From contig JAYWIR010000046.1 of NCBI GenBank assembly GCA_036172245.1, forward strand, positions 248,001 to 312,000: a stretch of DNA of 64,000 nt, in the 5' to 3' direction. A program made the position numbers and the translations under genes. Shown piece by piece: positions 1 through 12,485 of this stretch. The stretch is from Raillietiella orientalis. Lineage: Eukaryota. Below the pieces are notes generated by a model. It saw only the letters and a list, made by a program, of their open reading frames with translations, searched no databases and was not told the DNA's origin. Each line of letters begins with the position of its first letter. Position 1 is the stretch's first letter.

Positions 1-122
1 CCAATTCCACATGAGTGACTTTTCTGAATTGGGAGAGATACTCCCAGATTACTGCCCTCGAAGTATGGATGCTTATTCCTTGCAGGAATACGGTGGCGGT
101 CGAGCTTTCGCCAAACGCTTCC

Positions 123-1460
123 TCATCCTCCTTCCATGAATGTGAAGACCCTGTCAATGAGCGGATCAGCAAGAGACTCACATGATGTATGTAATGTGAA
201 GCCCGATGCGCATGGTATTATCACTTGAATCACATCAGAATCGACGTTCTTCTTATGCAACGCTATATGTATATCTTTCACTTTGACAATTTTTAGGCTT
301 CTGGTCTTACAGGTCAGGGCCTTGACTTCGGTCCCGAATGCCACCAGCGGAACGTCTCCTTGTTGGACAACGAGGACTTCCGGTTGTAGAGTCCTCTTAC
401 GCTCCTGAGGCACACCCGGGAAACCACCAGTGGTTAACATCTGGTTGGATTTGGGAGCAGTCGCCGCCATGACCGCGTGGGACAACGGCTGTTTATCACC
501 CGGTGCGCCGGGGCGTTTATTAAAAAACTATCCGGGAACAGAGTTCCTGGACAAAGGGAAGAACAAGAGACGAAGGGGGTGGGATCCCTGACACGCAGGT
601 CGGTATGCCGAAAGTACGGAACGGAAGGGAGGGGACCACAAATACACTACTATAAAAAAATAAAAATAAAAATATGGAGGGCAGGGGACAGGGGTCTTTG
701 GTAACGCCGTTCCTTCCTTTCAAAACCGGCGATGGATGCCGGCGATCTCTCTCCTCACGTCCTCTGGCAGATGGGCCCACTCGGCAGCCGACGACATGCT
801 TGCGCTGGCTAAACCGGTGGGCTGACGAAGGATGGCCAGCTTCTCCAACTCTCGGTGGGCCTTGTCGATGGCGCGGGTGCAACACACGGTTGCAACGACA
901 GCACCTAAAGACCTGACGTGAAGAAGCGGCGCATCAAGTCTCTCGCGGTGTCCCCCTGGTGCAGGAGAGCTGAGGCCAGCCTCCGCCACAGTCCTAGGAG
1001 GGCACCGCAGTCCAGGAGCAGGTGCGGGAGCGTTTCCACTTCCCCGCACCGCTTACAGTTTGGGGAGACAACTCCCCCGGAAACACGGTTCGTCCGCTGG
1101 TTGGAGTGAAAACCCCAATGCACCAGCATGATGACGTCCTGCTTCCACGAAAGGGGGAACACAGAAGTGTTGAGACAGGAGGGAGGGACCACAAGTTCTT
1201 CGAGGGGCACACTCAGGTGTTCACTCCATCGAAGGAGTCCCTTCGGGATGTAGCGAGGCGTGGCGGCGTCTGCCAGCTTGCAAGTCCTCGAGCCGCCAAC
1301 AGGTCGTGTTGTTCCTGCGATGGTGCAGGCGACCTCCCATCTCGCCGGTTCGCAGCTGTTCGCAGCTGGGACAACGGCTGTTGTGGCGTGCCTCCTGCCA
1401 ATGCCTGTTTTGCCTGCTGCCATCAGCCCTTCATGGGAGGAGCCGGGTTGGCACACCTCC
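123..1460 (-). mobile_element. Decayed family-B L1/Tx1-like ORF1 relic, interrupted by a family-A insertion
   Basis: ORF 123..485 (DVPLVAFGTEVKALTCKT...IHIALHKKNVDSDVIQVIIPCASGFTLHTSCE) aligns with ORF1 of the element at 34876 (DEPIVKLGPNVKTVTFRT...VYLALYKQQVDFDRLQAIVPGPSGFTVYTDCE). Confidence 0.7.
494..1366 (-). mobile_element. 5'-truncated family-A L1/Tx1-like LINE (ORF2 C-terminus + 3' UTR)
   Basis: 16-bp TSD TGGGACAACGGCTGTT at 478-493 and 1367-1382; CCHC motif CKRCGEVETLPHLLLDC; 3' end AATAAACGCCCCGGCGCACCGGGTG. Confidence 0.9.
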
Positions 1461-1537
1461 TTGAGCGTAGTATTGTATTCGGATTGCCTGACGCTTTACT
1501 TGTTTCAACGGATAATTTGTTCTGCATACTTTCAGCG

Positions 1538-3130
1538 GTGATGGTAGTTGCAGGCCAACACGACGCTCCCTCAAACTACTCGTCTGGTATCGTGGTCAAC
1601 ATCGCTTGTCTTGAGCACAATTAAGCTCACGGCCAGGTAAGTATGAGTTAATATGTGTCGACAGTAACCTCTTCGCTTCGAACAGCAATTTGCGGCAACA
1701 GGCATCGTGGAGATGAAAGCAATCTGCATATACATGTGTCAAGTTCTGCAGACGATCTCCTCGACACACCAATAAGAAAACGGCCCTCATTTTGTTTTTC
1801 GCATAGTAAGGTGTAAACAGTTGTGCTCACTTGTTTCAAAACATTCCCAAGCGCATTTCTTTCCAGCATCAGAAGACTCATCGAGAAGGGGTTGTCTTTC
1901 TCGAATGACTTCTCTCGTTTTCCAGAATCGGAGAAGACAGTTCAGAGAAATGTAACGAATGGGAAGCTTCCCGAAACGTAGGGAATTGATTCGATTTCAT
2001 GAAGTTCTCAAGATACGCACAATTTTCCAAGATCGCCTCCAGAAACATCAGAAAACGGTTCGTTGAGTAGAAATTTTTAAGGTCACTATAGCTTTGTAAG
2101 CTCGTATCCACGTGTACATCTTCAATGTTGCACACTGGTAGTACTCCTCTGCATGGCAAAAGAATGAACCAGATCGTAACAAAATGACTCCGAAGTTTCT
2201 TTTTTGCTTCCCTTGATAAGTTTCTTCATAAAATAAGGCAGGGATTTCCTGATACAAAGAGGATTTTATTATTTATCTTCATTCAGCAGTCCAGAGTGTT
2301 CAATGCAAGGAAATTCTCAGTAGCACCCAGGACCCTCAATGCTAGGAAATAGAAAATTCATAGAAATGCACAACCAACCAACGCAAGAGATTTTTTATTC
2401 ACAATTCAGAATCCAGACTTGGTTTGTGGATAACCAGGAGTTCCTATTTCGTTATCCGAGGTGAAAGGATTTGAAGGTCCGGTGACTCCAGCAACCAAAC
2501 ATCCAATGGATGTAGCTTAGATTGATATTCAATAAGAAATAAAAGGTCAGCAAACAGTCATCAAGGAGGAGATCGAACACGTGAAGACCACTTTGAGGTT
2601 CCTGCGAATTCAAACCAATGCACTTTCATTCATCTCAAGGAAACTGCGCAACCTCTACAAGGAACATTTCATGCCAGTTTCACAAGAAGAGCAGTGTTGT
2701 TGCAACACGACGAATAGATTTGCTGTTTCTTTGCAAACTCTTATGGTGTTTTCTCAACTAAGGTTTTCTTTTGCTGGAATGCTCCCTTCGAATTTAGAAG
2801 ACCAAACTTGACAAATTCACACTATCGCTGCATTCATTTTGGGCTTTCGGAAGCTTGAAAATGAAGCCATGCCGGTACTTTTATTTGACAAAAAAGTATC
2901 CACGCACATAGCAGAGATAAGAAGGCAGCAGAGTACACACACTCTGCCTTTTCTCTGATGCCAAATTAGGTAAAGGTCATGACTTTCAAATCAGTGAGAC
3001 AATATCCAATGCTACTGCACTAACGAGCAGCAGTGCATTCCAATATTGCAAGCGTGCTGCAGCAAGGAGAAAGTTGCACAACTCTACGTAAAGTAATTTT
3101 CACCACTTTGGTGTTTACTTGTCAATTCCC
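1538..3130. repeat. ~1.6 kb block, near-identical inverted copy of 29823-31415
   Basis: The ORF track gives the same translations on opposite strands (e.g. 1878..2159- and 30794..31075+; 2581..2811+ and 30142..30372-). Confidence 0.95.
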
Positions 3131-4429
3131 AATCCCGTTGTTCCAGAGAACCATAGGATGGTGAATTGTAAGTACATCCCATCCCCTGTTCCTCATTCAA
3201 AGCTCCATCTCCTTCCGCTGAACGAAACGCCAACGCTTTAGGTACTAAATTTGGTACTAGGTCCATTCAGATTAGAGCAATGCAGATACTGAGAGTCAAG
3301 ATATTCTAAGTAGATCGTTGTACTTTAGGAATGGAACCATTCTCAGTTTATAGTTGTGTTAGTGCAAGTGTACAAGCTTGGTTAGTGGAGTAAGAGCATG
3401 ATTTGCTGACTGACGAGGGCAGTGAGACCAATGTCAGAAGTGGACGTTCAGCTAAAGAAGAAAAATGAACCTGAGTGAATCCCGATCCTCAATTTTAGGG
3501 GGGTTGTTATGGAGTGCTGCATTTTGACAGATCCAATAGAGCGTAACAACACTAGGGACATCGATGCTATTCCTTCTGCATGTCTCTTTCCATTGATTTT
3601 GGAAGACCGCTCACCACTAAGAAAAGAAAAGGTGCTTAAAATTAAATAAGAGAAAGTAGCATCAAGTGCGAAGACACAATTGGGAAGCAGCTGTCAGTAA
3701 GAATACACAACAATTTCTCTGCTGTTATGATGAGTTTCTGAGAGTATGTTGGTGGCCATGATTTTCGTCGCTCTAGCATGAAGTTACGTACGATTCGAAA
3801 GATGGTGGACGTGCCAGAAGGTGTATCCAGGCAATGGGGTGGATCTTTTTGACGCAAAAGATTATCTCGTTATTGACAATTATGGTTTTTTTTTGTTTTC
3901 CAGTATGAGAATTTGAGTGAAATATTCATTGGACGGGGAAAGGAAGTAATATTGGGACGAAAAAGGTAATATTAAAATCAGCTATTTTTTCTAATAGTGG
4001 ATATTAGAGGGAATTTGAGATTCATCACTCGGATATTAATCAGTTCAATGAGGTTGATCTTTTATGTACTCGAATATGCCTCTGTCTCATTTGGCAATAA
4101 TACGTTTACAAGTTAATATTTCTACCTATTGGTCATTAGTTAGTTAGGAAACGGGGATGAGTTTTTTTTTTCATAAAAATAAACAGATATAAGGTAGTTA
4201 AAAGAGATATAGGGTGAAATCTATTAGTCTGTATTGCTGGGTTTTATCACCAGAGTGGAGTTGATTTGGAGGAAATGACACATGGGCAATCTATCTAATT
4301 GGATAATGCTAGTTTCATCTAGTGAGAAATTATGATGTACGATAGGATGAGCAATTCAGCAGAAATGTACTTGCAATGTTTTTCAGATATTTCTCATGAA
4401 TCAGGTAGTGCTTTTTAGGTGTATCTCGT

Positions 4430-5960
4430 GCCACACAGAATCCTACGTGATAAAACATGTGCAAGCAATCCTCGAAGTTCTAAGGATCTCCATGGACAGA
4501 TCTCCAGAACGGTGCCGACGGCTCGTAACTTCATAGCGAGTTGTCCAAACCTTGCTCTTGAGTTCATGGCCTCTTTGCGGTGTTTGCAGCTGCAAGTGGC
4601 CCTCCAGAGCTCGGAGTGTCAACCTTTGTCAAGTTGAAAACCTGATTTTTCCAGAGTTTCCTGGAGCACTTGGAACCTCAATGCACGTACCGGGGAGCAG
4701 AAGGATGAGAAGCTTCCCGACTCTTCCACACGTCCATCACATTTCCTTGCACCCGAACAACGCGATGCGAGTCGAGGAAGACCCGAGCTCATCCGCTGAA
4801 GATTCCGTCCCCTCCATGAAGACTTAAGGAACCTGATCTTCCTAACGAAGGCTGGTTAGGGCACCAGGATTCGAAGGTGCCGATCAGACCTCGACCGGGA
4901 GGACGAGGAGCCGAAAGCCGGGAGTCAGGAGTCCGTCTCCCATCTCGCGCTTCTGTAGTGCTCGGACCCACCTGTCGTTGATGGCGGGAAGTGCAGCAGC
5001 CCAAGTGACCCTTTGCTCTCGGAGCTGGAGGACAGGGAAGGAAGCAGACACCAGGAGTCAGAAGAGCATCGGCCCTTCTTGAGTGTCTACTGCGAAATCC
5101 ATTCCGGAGAAGACATAGTCGGTCTGGAGGACGGGCGACCTTGCCGACTGCTTTCGATGGATGGAGGTGGCTTGCAAGGAGGAATGGTCTCACCGCGGAG
5201 GCTCAGCTCTTCGCCAGGAGGAAAGCGCGACACCGGTCTTCTTACGGCTTCTCTGTCACCGCTGGAGGCTTCCTGCACTCCTCCACCCATCCTACTTTTA
5301 CGATCCCGGATGACTGTATCTGGTCTCTTGTTGTGGTCGCAGGCATGAGCGTGGTCCGCAGGAGCACGGTACGCTCCAGCGGGGAGAAGGTTTGACGGTT
5401 TGACCTGGACCAAAAGCGACTCTGCCAAAGCCTCCCTTCTTCTCAGAGCAGACAGCCAGCGTCCCTCGTGGGGGGTTCATTCTCCAAGCCTAAAAAGGGC
5501 CCTACGGGCGCTCCGCATTGTTTTCCTTTTCTCTTGAAGGAGACTTGAAGGGTATACGACAGCAAGAACTGCGCAACGTTCGCTAGGAACATAGCGGCAT
5601 CGCTCTGGTGTGACCAGATGCAAACACATCTACAGCTCGACGAGCTGCTTGTCTCCATCGCCCAGCTGTGAGCCCCTATCTATATGCCCCGCATAGAGAG
5701 AGTTGCCGTTCATCTCCCTACTTCTACATTTCTGCGTTTGAACGGAAGAAAAGGAATCCGGCCAAAAGAATAAGAAATTCTTCTTTCTCACAACAAAGCA
5801 GACTCAAGCGGGCAAGTACGTGGGGACAGCTGACTTTTTGCTTTTTTGGATGCACAGCTAGAAAGTGTATCTCGATTATTACAAACGAAAAACTCAGTCC
5901 GTCATGAATGACTAGAATGAACCATTGTTTCTAGGTAGCAAATCTAGAAGAGAAAAAGGG
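4430..5960 (-). mobile_element. Decayed LINE relic (putative 5' region plus family-B-like C-terminal remnant)
   Basis: Minus-strand WRSVHGDP*NFEDCLHMFYH resembles WRSDLPPDSQDNLLMFYH of family B; 5560-5960 is homologous, inverted, to 26390-26685 plus 28628-28720. Confidence 0.5.
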
Positions 5961-5999
5961 AAATGACGTTTATCAGAAAGTGGCGTTTCCTTCCTTAGA

Positions 6000-6600
6000 A
6001 GTCGTGATTATAAGCTGTACAATCGGGCAACTACCGAATTCCCAATTGTAAGCGCTGGACAAATTGTCAACGACTGCTGCTGACAAGATTAAGATTGGAA
6101 GGTTTTCAAAATCACCAAGTTCTGCATTCACTATACCTTGAAAAGTAAAGACCTCACATTGTGAATCAAGAACATCTCGTATAGCAGAGACAAGCTCTTC
6201 ATATCCCTGTGACCTATCCGAAGCAACTCGCCGTTTCCGCAATCTCCCCAGTCAATTGGTAGCGTGGATAAAAGATTGTATTGGGTGAAGCTGTCCTCTT
6301 TTCTGATTTTGAATTTAGTGTTACGGTGAAAATCTATAATAAAGTTACGAGACGAGAAGACACTTTGAAACCAGTATCTTTAGAGACTGGAAAGGATGGA
6401 GATAACAGGAAATTAAAAAAAAGACCTTATCTAAGGCGGATGGCGCAGAATGAATTGTTAGAGGCTTATATACAAAGTAATATTGATCTTGAAATGAAGG
6501 AAAAGTTTCCTAAGCGATAAACAGTATACTTTCGAATGAGAATTTTGATTCATGTGGAACTTTGTGACCTCGATTTTCAGGTCGGTAACCATAACGTGAA
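6000..6600 (-). pseudogene. Leucine-rich-repeat gene relic
   Basis: LRR-like motifs YNLLSTLP, MKSLSLLYEMFLIHN (LxxLxxLxLxxN) and GDFENLPIL in shifted frames; inverted paralog at 23950-24465. Confidence 0.45.
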
Positions 6601-7250
6601 GGAAAATTTATGGTAATAGACAGTTCCACTGACAATCCTGCATGATTTGAGTATAGATTGGTGTAAATCAGATTGCTTTCTCCCTATAGAACCTCGTATT
6701 CGTTGTCTATCTACATCGGGAGCAATTTTTCAGATTCTTCTTCAAAACAAGATGCGAAACTTTGCACCGCAAATAGACCTCGTAAGCAAAACGTGGTTCC
6801 ATAGATGCATAGGATTCTACGACGAACATTCATTCATTCATTTTTCATGCATTTCATTCAGTCCGAAGTCATCATAACTGGAGCCAACTATATTTGGGAA
6901 CTGGAGTGTTAACTGGCAGAACAGGGGAGACCTTACAAGCCAGGGCGCATAGTTCTATGCAAATAAGATGCTCGGCGCAATCGTCCGATCCCTCGATCCA
7001 ACTAAAGCCTTCTTTCCCCTTCGTCCGTGGAAAAAAAGCAACGGTTTGCTGACATGCACATGCAAAGCTTTATTTGCCCGGAGGCGGTGCTACACCAGAT
7101 GCAGATCCCGTGTAAAAGAGATTTTTTGCTTGTATTCGCCGGCAGACATGCTTCATGAACTCCGGAATAATTCTTATGGTACAGTGAAAAATGCCTGCGC
7201 TTCAGAGTTCGGATCAAGTCTACACCTCCTCAGAGAATTCCTGCACTCTT

Positions 7251-8675
7251 TTAATTGTCGACTCTGAAATGGGAAGAGCCATTAAATTCTTCAAACCACA
7301 GGGTCATCTCCAGTCCTTCTTCTGCAGAGTCAGCAAACTGTACATTTTCCAACATATCATGTTTCTGCAGAAAATCTATCTTCATAAGAGTGCATCTGAC
7401 GAGTGAAAATCCCTGGCGTAGAGATATCGAATGATCGGCACAAGGAAGCCTCCTCATCTGAACCAAAATTCTCATGCTGTGGTGGATGTCTAAAGACATC
7501 ACAGCCATAGATCCAAAGACTCTTACGAAAGAAGCATTCAAGATTCCCGAATGTTTGGCGAATGGTTCGTACTCAGAATTCGGTTCGTTCTCTTTCATGA
7601 GAATCTCCACGCTAAATCTAATCTTTGGGAAGAGGTTTGGAAAAAGTGAGACCGTGGAAGAAGCAGTTCTTTTTCAATTGCAGACTTCTCGCAATGGATA
7701 CACTGAGAGCACCTATTTGGTATTTGAACTCACCTGAAGCTGTTGTTTTCTTCCGATCCCTAAAGCTCAACCGGAAAAAAACCAGAAATTCCAAAAAACT
7801 TTCATGGCGACCTGGCAGTAGCAGGAAAACCAAGGCACGATCCCTCCCTTTTCTGGGCAATCTGAAGAAGAAGTTGAAGTGCTGCTTCATATTCCAAAAT
7901 CTCCAAGTCTTCGTATATTCTGCCAAGTTCTTTGACAAGGGAAAGCAAAGGGAAGCGGATGGGTTGGATGACATCACGGCGATCATCCGGATGCTTCTTC
8001 AGTCACCTCGACACTGCTTGGGCGATGTCTACATGCAATGCAAGAGCATTTCTTCTCAGCAGTCGAAACAGCATGTCCTTCCAGAGTCTCACGAAATGAT
8101 CGGACTGGAGACCAAAGGTGCAAATCCGTGCACAATCAATGCAATCCATGCATTCCTCCAGAGAATTCAATTCCTCCAGGAGTTAGGGAACATCCACAGG
8201 CTCGCAGCAATTGTCTGGATTCCTCTCTTCTCTCAAGATATCCAAGCATCACGTTTTCGAGTTGGTGACCATATACTTGTTGACCGCGTACAGCGTAGTG
8301 CAGACAATGTTGAAACAACTCTTGCTAAGTCCATCATCCCTGTATAAGAAAATAATCAAATTCCTCATCGCCTTCAAAATGACTTTTGATACTTCCACGA
8401 AGAATCCAGTGCTGGATGACGACTATTCTCTGTAGAACATCTTATGGAAAACGGGACTACCAGATGCTAGCAACAATCGGTGTGCATGCATCTTGTTTTT
8501 GTAGGCCACAGAGAAAGCATGCATCGCACGAGAGTTGCTCCTCCAACATCTCCTTGAATCTTTTGCATGTGCTGTGTAGTTTAAAATCCTTGTGAACTTC
8601 ACGCTATTACCACATAGCTCACAGCAATCTCCCTCTGTGCTCGTTGACTCGTCCGTCTTCGTTTTGCTCGTTATG
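7251..8675 (-). pseudogene. BTB/POZ-BACK protein pseudogene (copy 1)
   Basis: Homologous to the genes at 21862 and 47714 (same C-terminal GLEMTLWF segment) but with frameshifts and a stop; same 31-nt GT-AG segment at 7703-7733. Confidence 0.85.
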
Positions 8676-9920
8676 GACCCTCACTAAATGAGGAAAAGTC
8701 CTTCAGTTTCTCAATTGAAACAAATTGAAGATCGTGAATGTATCCGTATTTCAAAAATTTTATTCTTGAGCGGTTGGTGAATGAAAATCTACCTAAATGA
8801 GCTTCGACAATCTTCATAGTGGTCTCGACGCCAAAAAGTTGCACAAAAGACAGCAAAGGCAAGCGCCATAATGTGTATCTTTTGTATGTCTGTTCTTGGA
8901 CGATATGTGACATGAGTTGAGGTGGAGGCGATCAAGAAAATACCTGGAAGCCTCGTCTGATTTTCAGCGTGCGCCGCACCAAACGGCTTGGTTGGTAAAG
9001 AAAATAAGAAATAAAAGGCGCACGTGTGGCAACAGACGCGAACGCATTCCTGCCGGGTTCCTTCGAGATTATATCAATGCTTCTCCTACAATAAATCGAC
9101 TTCGATGAATACTTGCATGATGCTCGACATCACAAAAAAAACATCGAAGAATGACTTATCAATGTGAAATTTTTGTTGTATAATGCATTTTAATGATCCT
9201 TAAAGAAATCAATGGAATCTCTGTACCATCTACAACCCACTATTTAAAACAATAAACAATCCAACTCACCATAATCATGAAGACGTGACCTAAACATTGA
9301 AAATCATAAATCAGTTTCGCAGTTTCATTTGAAAACTTTAATTTCCATTTTCTAGAGATACTTCCCTTACTACAGTCGGCAAGAGCGAACCTTCGGATCA
9401 AAAACACTTCTAATCCCTCTGGAGTGGAAGGTGAACTTCGTCTTCGGCATTGAGAGGCAATCGTTGAAACCGATTCTGGTCATCAACCAGTCAACAAATC
9501 AGCGACTCTTTCATCAGCAACAGAACGCCTTGGATGCCATCCCTCATTGCTGCCGTGAGTTTCCACAAAACCATCGGTCAGGAACAGAATAACGCCAGAG
9601 GCTTCTCAAACGGTGGAAGGAAAAGACAAGATGCAGACTCCTGACCCACTTCAACATCTCAGCTTACAAGACCTGCCATCGAGGTGCAGGGGAGATTCCG
9701 GAATGCAAATATCTTCCACAGATTTGGAAGCCAGTTTCCTGCGGGAAACCAAAGTAATGCTCCAGGAGAGGCATACTCTACCCCGCTCAGCGTCTCTGTG
9801 AGGAACTCCACCCCCTACACGTAGGCGCAAGCGGGCGCCCAGGAAACCTGGAAAGCACCTCTTCTTCTACGTGGAAAGAACCTCCTCTCGTACTGTTCTT
9901 ATGCGAACACTTCCTAGGCT

Positions 9921-10040
9921 CGACGAAGACCGCAGCTAACTTCGCGACGCAATGTGAATTGCAGGGCACATTGAGCATCGACACGTCGAACCAAATGGCT
10001 GCCTCGAATTCCTGCGAGGCCACGTCTGTCTGAGGGTCGA
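9921..10040 (+). pseudogene. 5'-truncated 5.8S rRNA copy
   Basis: Matches conserved 5.8S motifs CGAnGAAGAnCGCAGC, ATGTGAATTGCAG, ACATTGAnCATCGACA and 3' GTCTGAGGGTCG; no 18S or 28S adjacent. Confidence 0.9.
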
Positions 10041-10350
10041 AAGAACCTTTCCGCGAAGCGTCCGGAGAAGCGGAGGCTCGCGCCGAGCGCGACCCGCTCC
10101 GCAGCCGTCCGCGCACCCGTCGACTCGGCCGCACCTTCGGGAGCTCGCCAAGGAACCGCATCGCCCGCCTCAGCGCGGAGCGCCTCCTTTCCGGCGTTTC
10201 CGCGCGCGGCAGCGCGGGTGCGATTGCGCCCCTCGCGGAAGGCTTCCCGAACGGTTGGTCCGTCCGGCGACACGGTGCGGCGGAACTTCCCTCGAGCGTC
10301 GAGCACGCTGTACTCTCCTGGACGCGCCCGTTCGCAGCACGCATTCTCGA

Positions 10351-11694
10351 TTTTCACCCGGATTTCGCCGGGGCGTTTATTGGAAAATAAACTTTTACAA
10401 AGACGTGCGGTGGCTGGACCATTGCTCCAGCCACGCACGAAGAAACACAGAGCCTGCCGGGTCACCGGTTCGCAGACCGGTACGGTCCACCACGGCAGCA
10501 GGGGGAAGGGGGGAAAACAAAAAACAAAACAAAAAAGAAAAGAAAAGTTGGGAGGGTAAGGGAAGGGATCACAGTTGCTGGTGGGGCCGTTGCATCCTTT
10601 GCAGGATGCCGGCAAGCTCCTTCTGTATTCCTGGATCCAGGTGGGGCCATCGGGACGCCCTCCTCAGGAACTGGGAGGCTTGCTGGATGGCACTCTGATC
10701 GCGTTGTCCTCCCGTAGCCTTGCTCCAAGCGGTGACGATCCCGCGTAGGCAGCACAAAGCTGCTAACGAGGCCGCTGGCCGAAGGGCGTCGGCAACGAAG
10801 AGGGCTTTCAGTGCGTCCCTGGGGTTGCCGCAGGGGATTCCGATGGCCGCGGCAAAGCGAAACCAAAGGGGCCGAAGGGCAACACAATCCACTAGCAGGT
10901 GGGGGAGGGACTCCCGTTCCCCACACCTGACGCAATTGGGGTCCACCGCTCCCCAGGTCCAGTGGTGTCGGCGGGCGTTGCAGGGGAGTCCCCAGTGCTG
11001 CAACAGGAGAGCCGACTCCTGCCATTTTAAGGGGAGGGCGGAAGTGTTCATGAGCACCGGGGGCCACTTCAGATGTTCAATGGGAACATCGAGCAGCGCG
11101 CCCCAGCGCAGAAGTCCATTGGGAGGCGTACTCGGGGTCGCAGCGTCTGTTAACTGGCCCGTCTTCCACTCTCCTATCTTCTCCTTTCCGGAGATTGTTA
11201 CTGTAACCACCCACTTCGCCGCAACATCGCTGTCCAGATCTTCCATCAGGGAGGGCAGCGCAGCAGCGAGGGGGGTTCTTCCTGCCCACGCTCTCTTCTT
11301 TGGATCCTCCAGGATCTCGCGGAGCGTGCAACTTCTGTAACCCCCAAACAGGAACCTTCGTTCCTGTTGGGAGCGTTGCATGCCGAACTGTCCCCACGTT
11401 CGAACGGTTTCCTGCAACCAGGCACTACCGTTAAACGGGCGACAGGTGAGCAATCCTGGGTTTTTCCGATACAGCGCAGCCACCCTCCGTAGCTGGAGTC
11501 CGCATCGGTTGACGCGGCGACGGAGTGCAAGAAACGACGTCAGTCCCGTCTTGCCGGTGGCTTGCTGGAGAAGGAGACGTGCAGGGACGCACCAACAGGT
11601 GCACCACAACTCTGGAACGAGTGCCGAGAAGCGGAACTGGAGCTGAAGCTCCAGCCGCTCCAGCGTCAGGAGGCCCAGACCACCATCCCGACAA
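10351..11694 (-). mobile_element. 5'-truncated family-A LINE inserted in the ITS2-like spacer
   Basis: 15-bp TSD AGCACGCATTCTCGA at 10336-10350 and 11695-11709; uninterrupted ORF2 C-terminus (GGLGLLTLERLELQLQFR...CVRCGERESLPHLLVDC); family-A 3' end. Confidence 0.92.
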
Positions 11695-12485
11695 AGCACG
11701 CATTCTCGAGAGGGGGCGGCGGCGTCGCCTCCCGTGAACGGAAAAGTGATCCCGATCCGCGAAGCCGCGCAAAAAAAAAAAAAAAACACTTCCTAGGCTG
11801 AGGCTGAGGAACGCCCTTGGTCCAGCACATCGTCGACGGAGTGGGGCATTCCTAGTGACTGTAGATGAGGAGAAGGGGGAGCGAACGGATCGCAACAAAA
11901 ATGAGGAAAGGAGGGCGAAGACAAGGAGAGGCAAAAGGAGGCGGTAGGGAGCTCGAGGGAACCGGGAGGATGGGGCGCGGCATAAAGGGAGAAAAGGAGA
12001 TGAGGACGACAAACAGGTGGCAGGATCTGAAGACAACTGAGGAGTGGTAGCAAGCAAGAAAGAAACACACTGATCAAAAAAAAAAAAAAGGGTGGATGGA
12101 CGGAATTGACATTCAAGTGAGGAGTGCCAAGGGTAGGAGAGAGATTTGTAAACCGGTCACGCCGGCACGTCTGTTAAACACCAGTTAGGACCACCGTTCC
12201 TAACCGAGATGCAACGAAAAAGAAACGAATCCGCTAGCACGCGGGCCGGGCTAAAGGAAGTTCGGAACGGGGCGGGGGATTTTTTTTTTTTGAAGCAACA
12301 AAGTTGTATTTTTGGTCAGGCAGCTCGTCGACTCGTGACCGTGTCGTTGGCTCATCATCGTATGGGGACATCTCCGTGTCTTCGCCACACCGCCGTGTCC
12401 TTCCTTGCCTGACCGGCATGCAGTCGGCTGATCATCACGTCGGTGCTTCATCATAGGACATTCTGCTTAGAGCCCGGTCGTTGAC

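Larger units (their letters stand above)
9921..11784 (+). other. Polyadenylated 5.8S + ITS2-like retrocopy containing a nested LINE
   Basis: 15-bp TSD AACACTTCCTAGGCT at 9906-9920 and 11785-11799; A-tract 11771-11786; GC-rich spacer 10041-10350 resumes at 11710-11770. Confidence 0.85.

Noticed and set aside
7625..8347. 240-aa plus-strand ORF
   Set aside because: Antisense shadow of the BTB pseudogene.
9787..10344. Arg/Ala-rich ORFs over 9.8-10.6 kb
   Set aside because: They overlap the 5.8S and GC-rich spacer, where open frames arise from base composition.
9921..10350. Functional rDNA unit
   Set aside because: The 5.8S is 5'-truncated, lacks 18S/ITS1 and 28S neighbours, and is bounded by a TSD and A tract.
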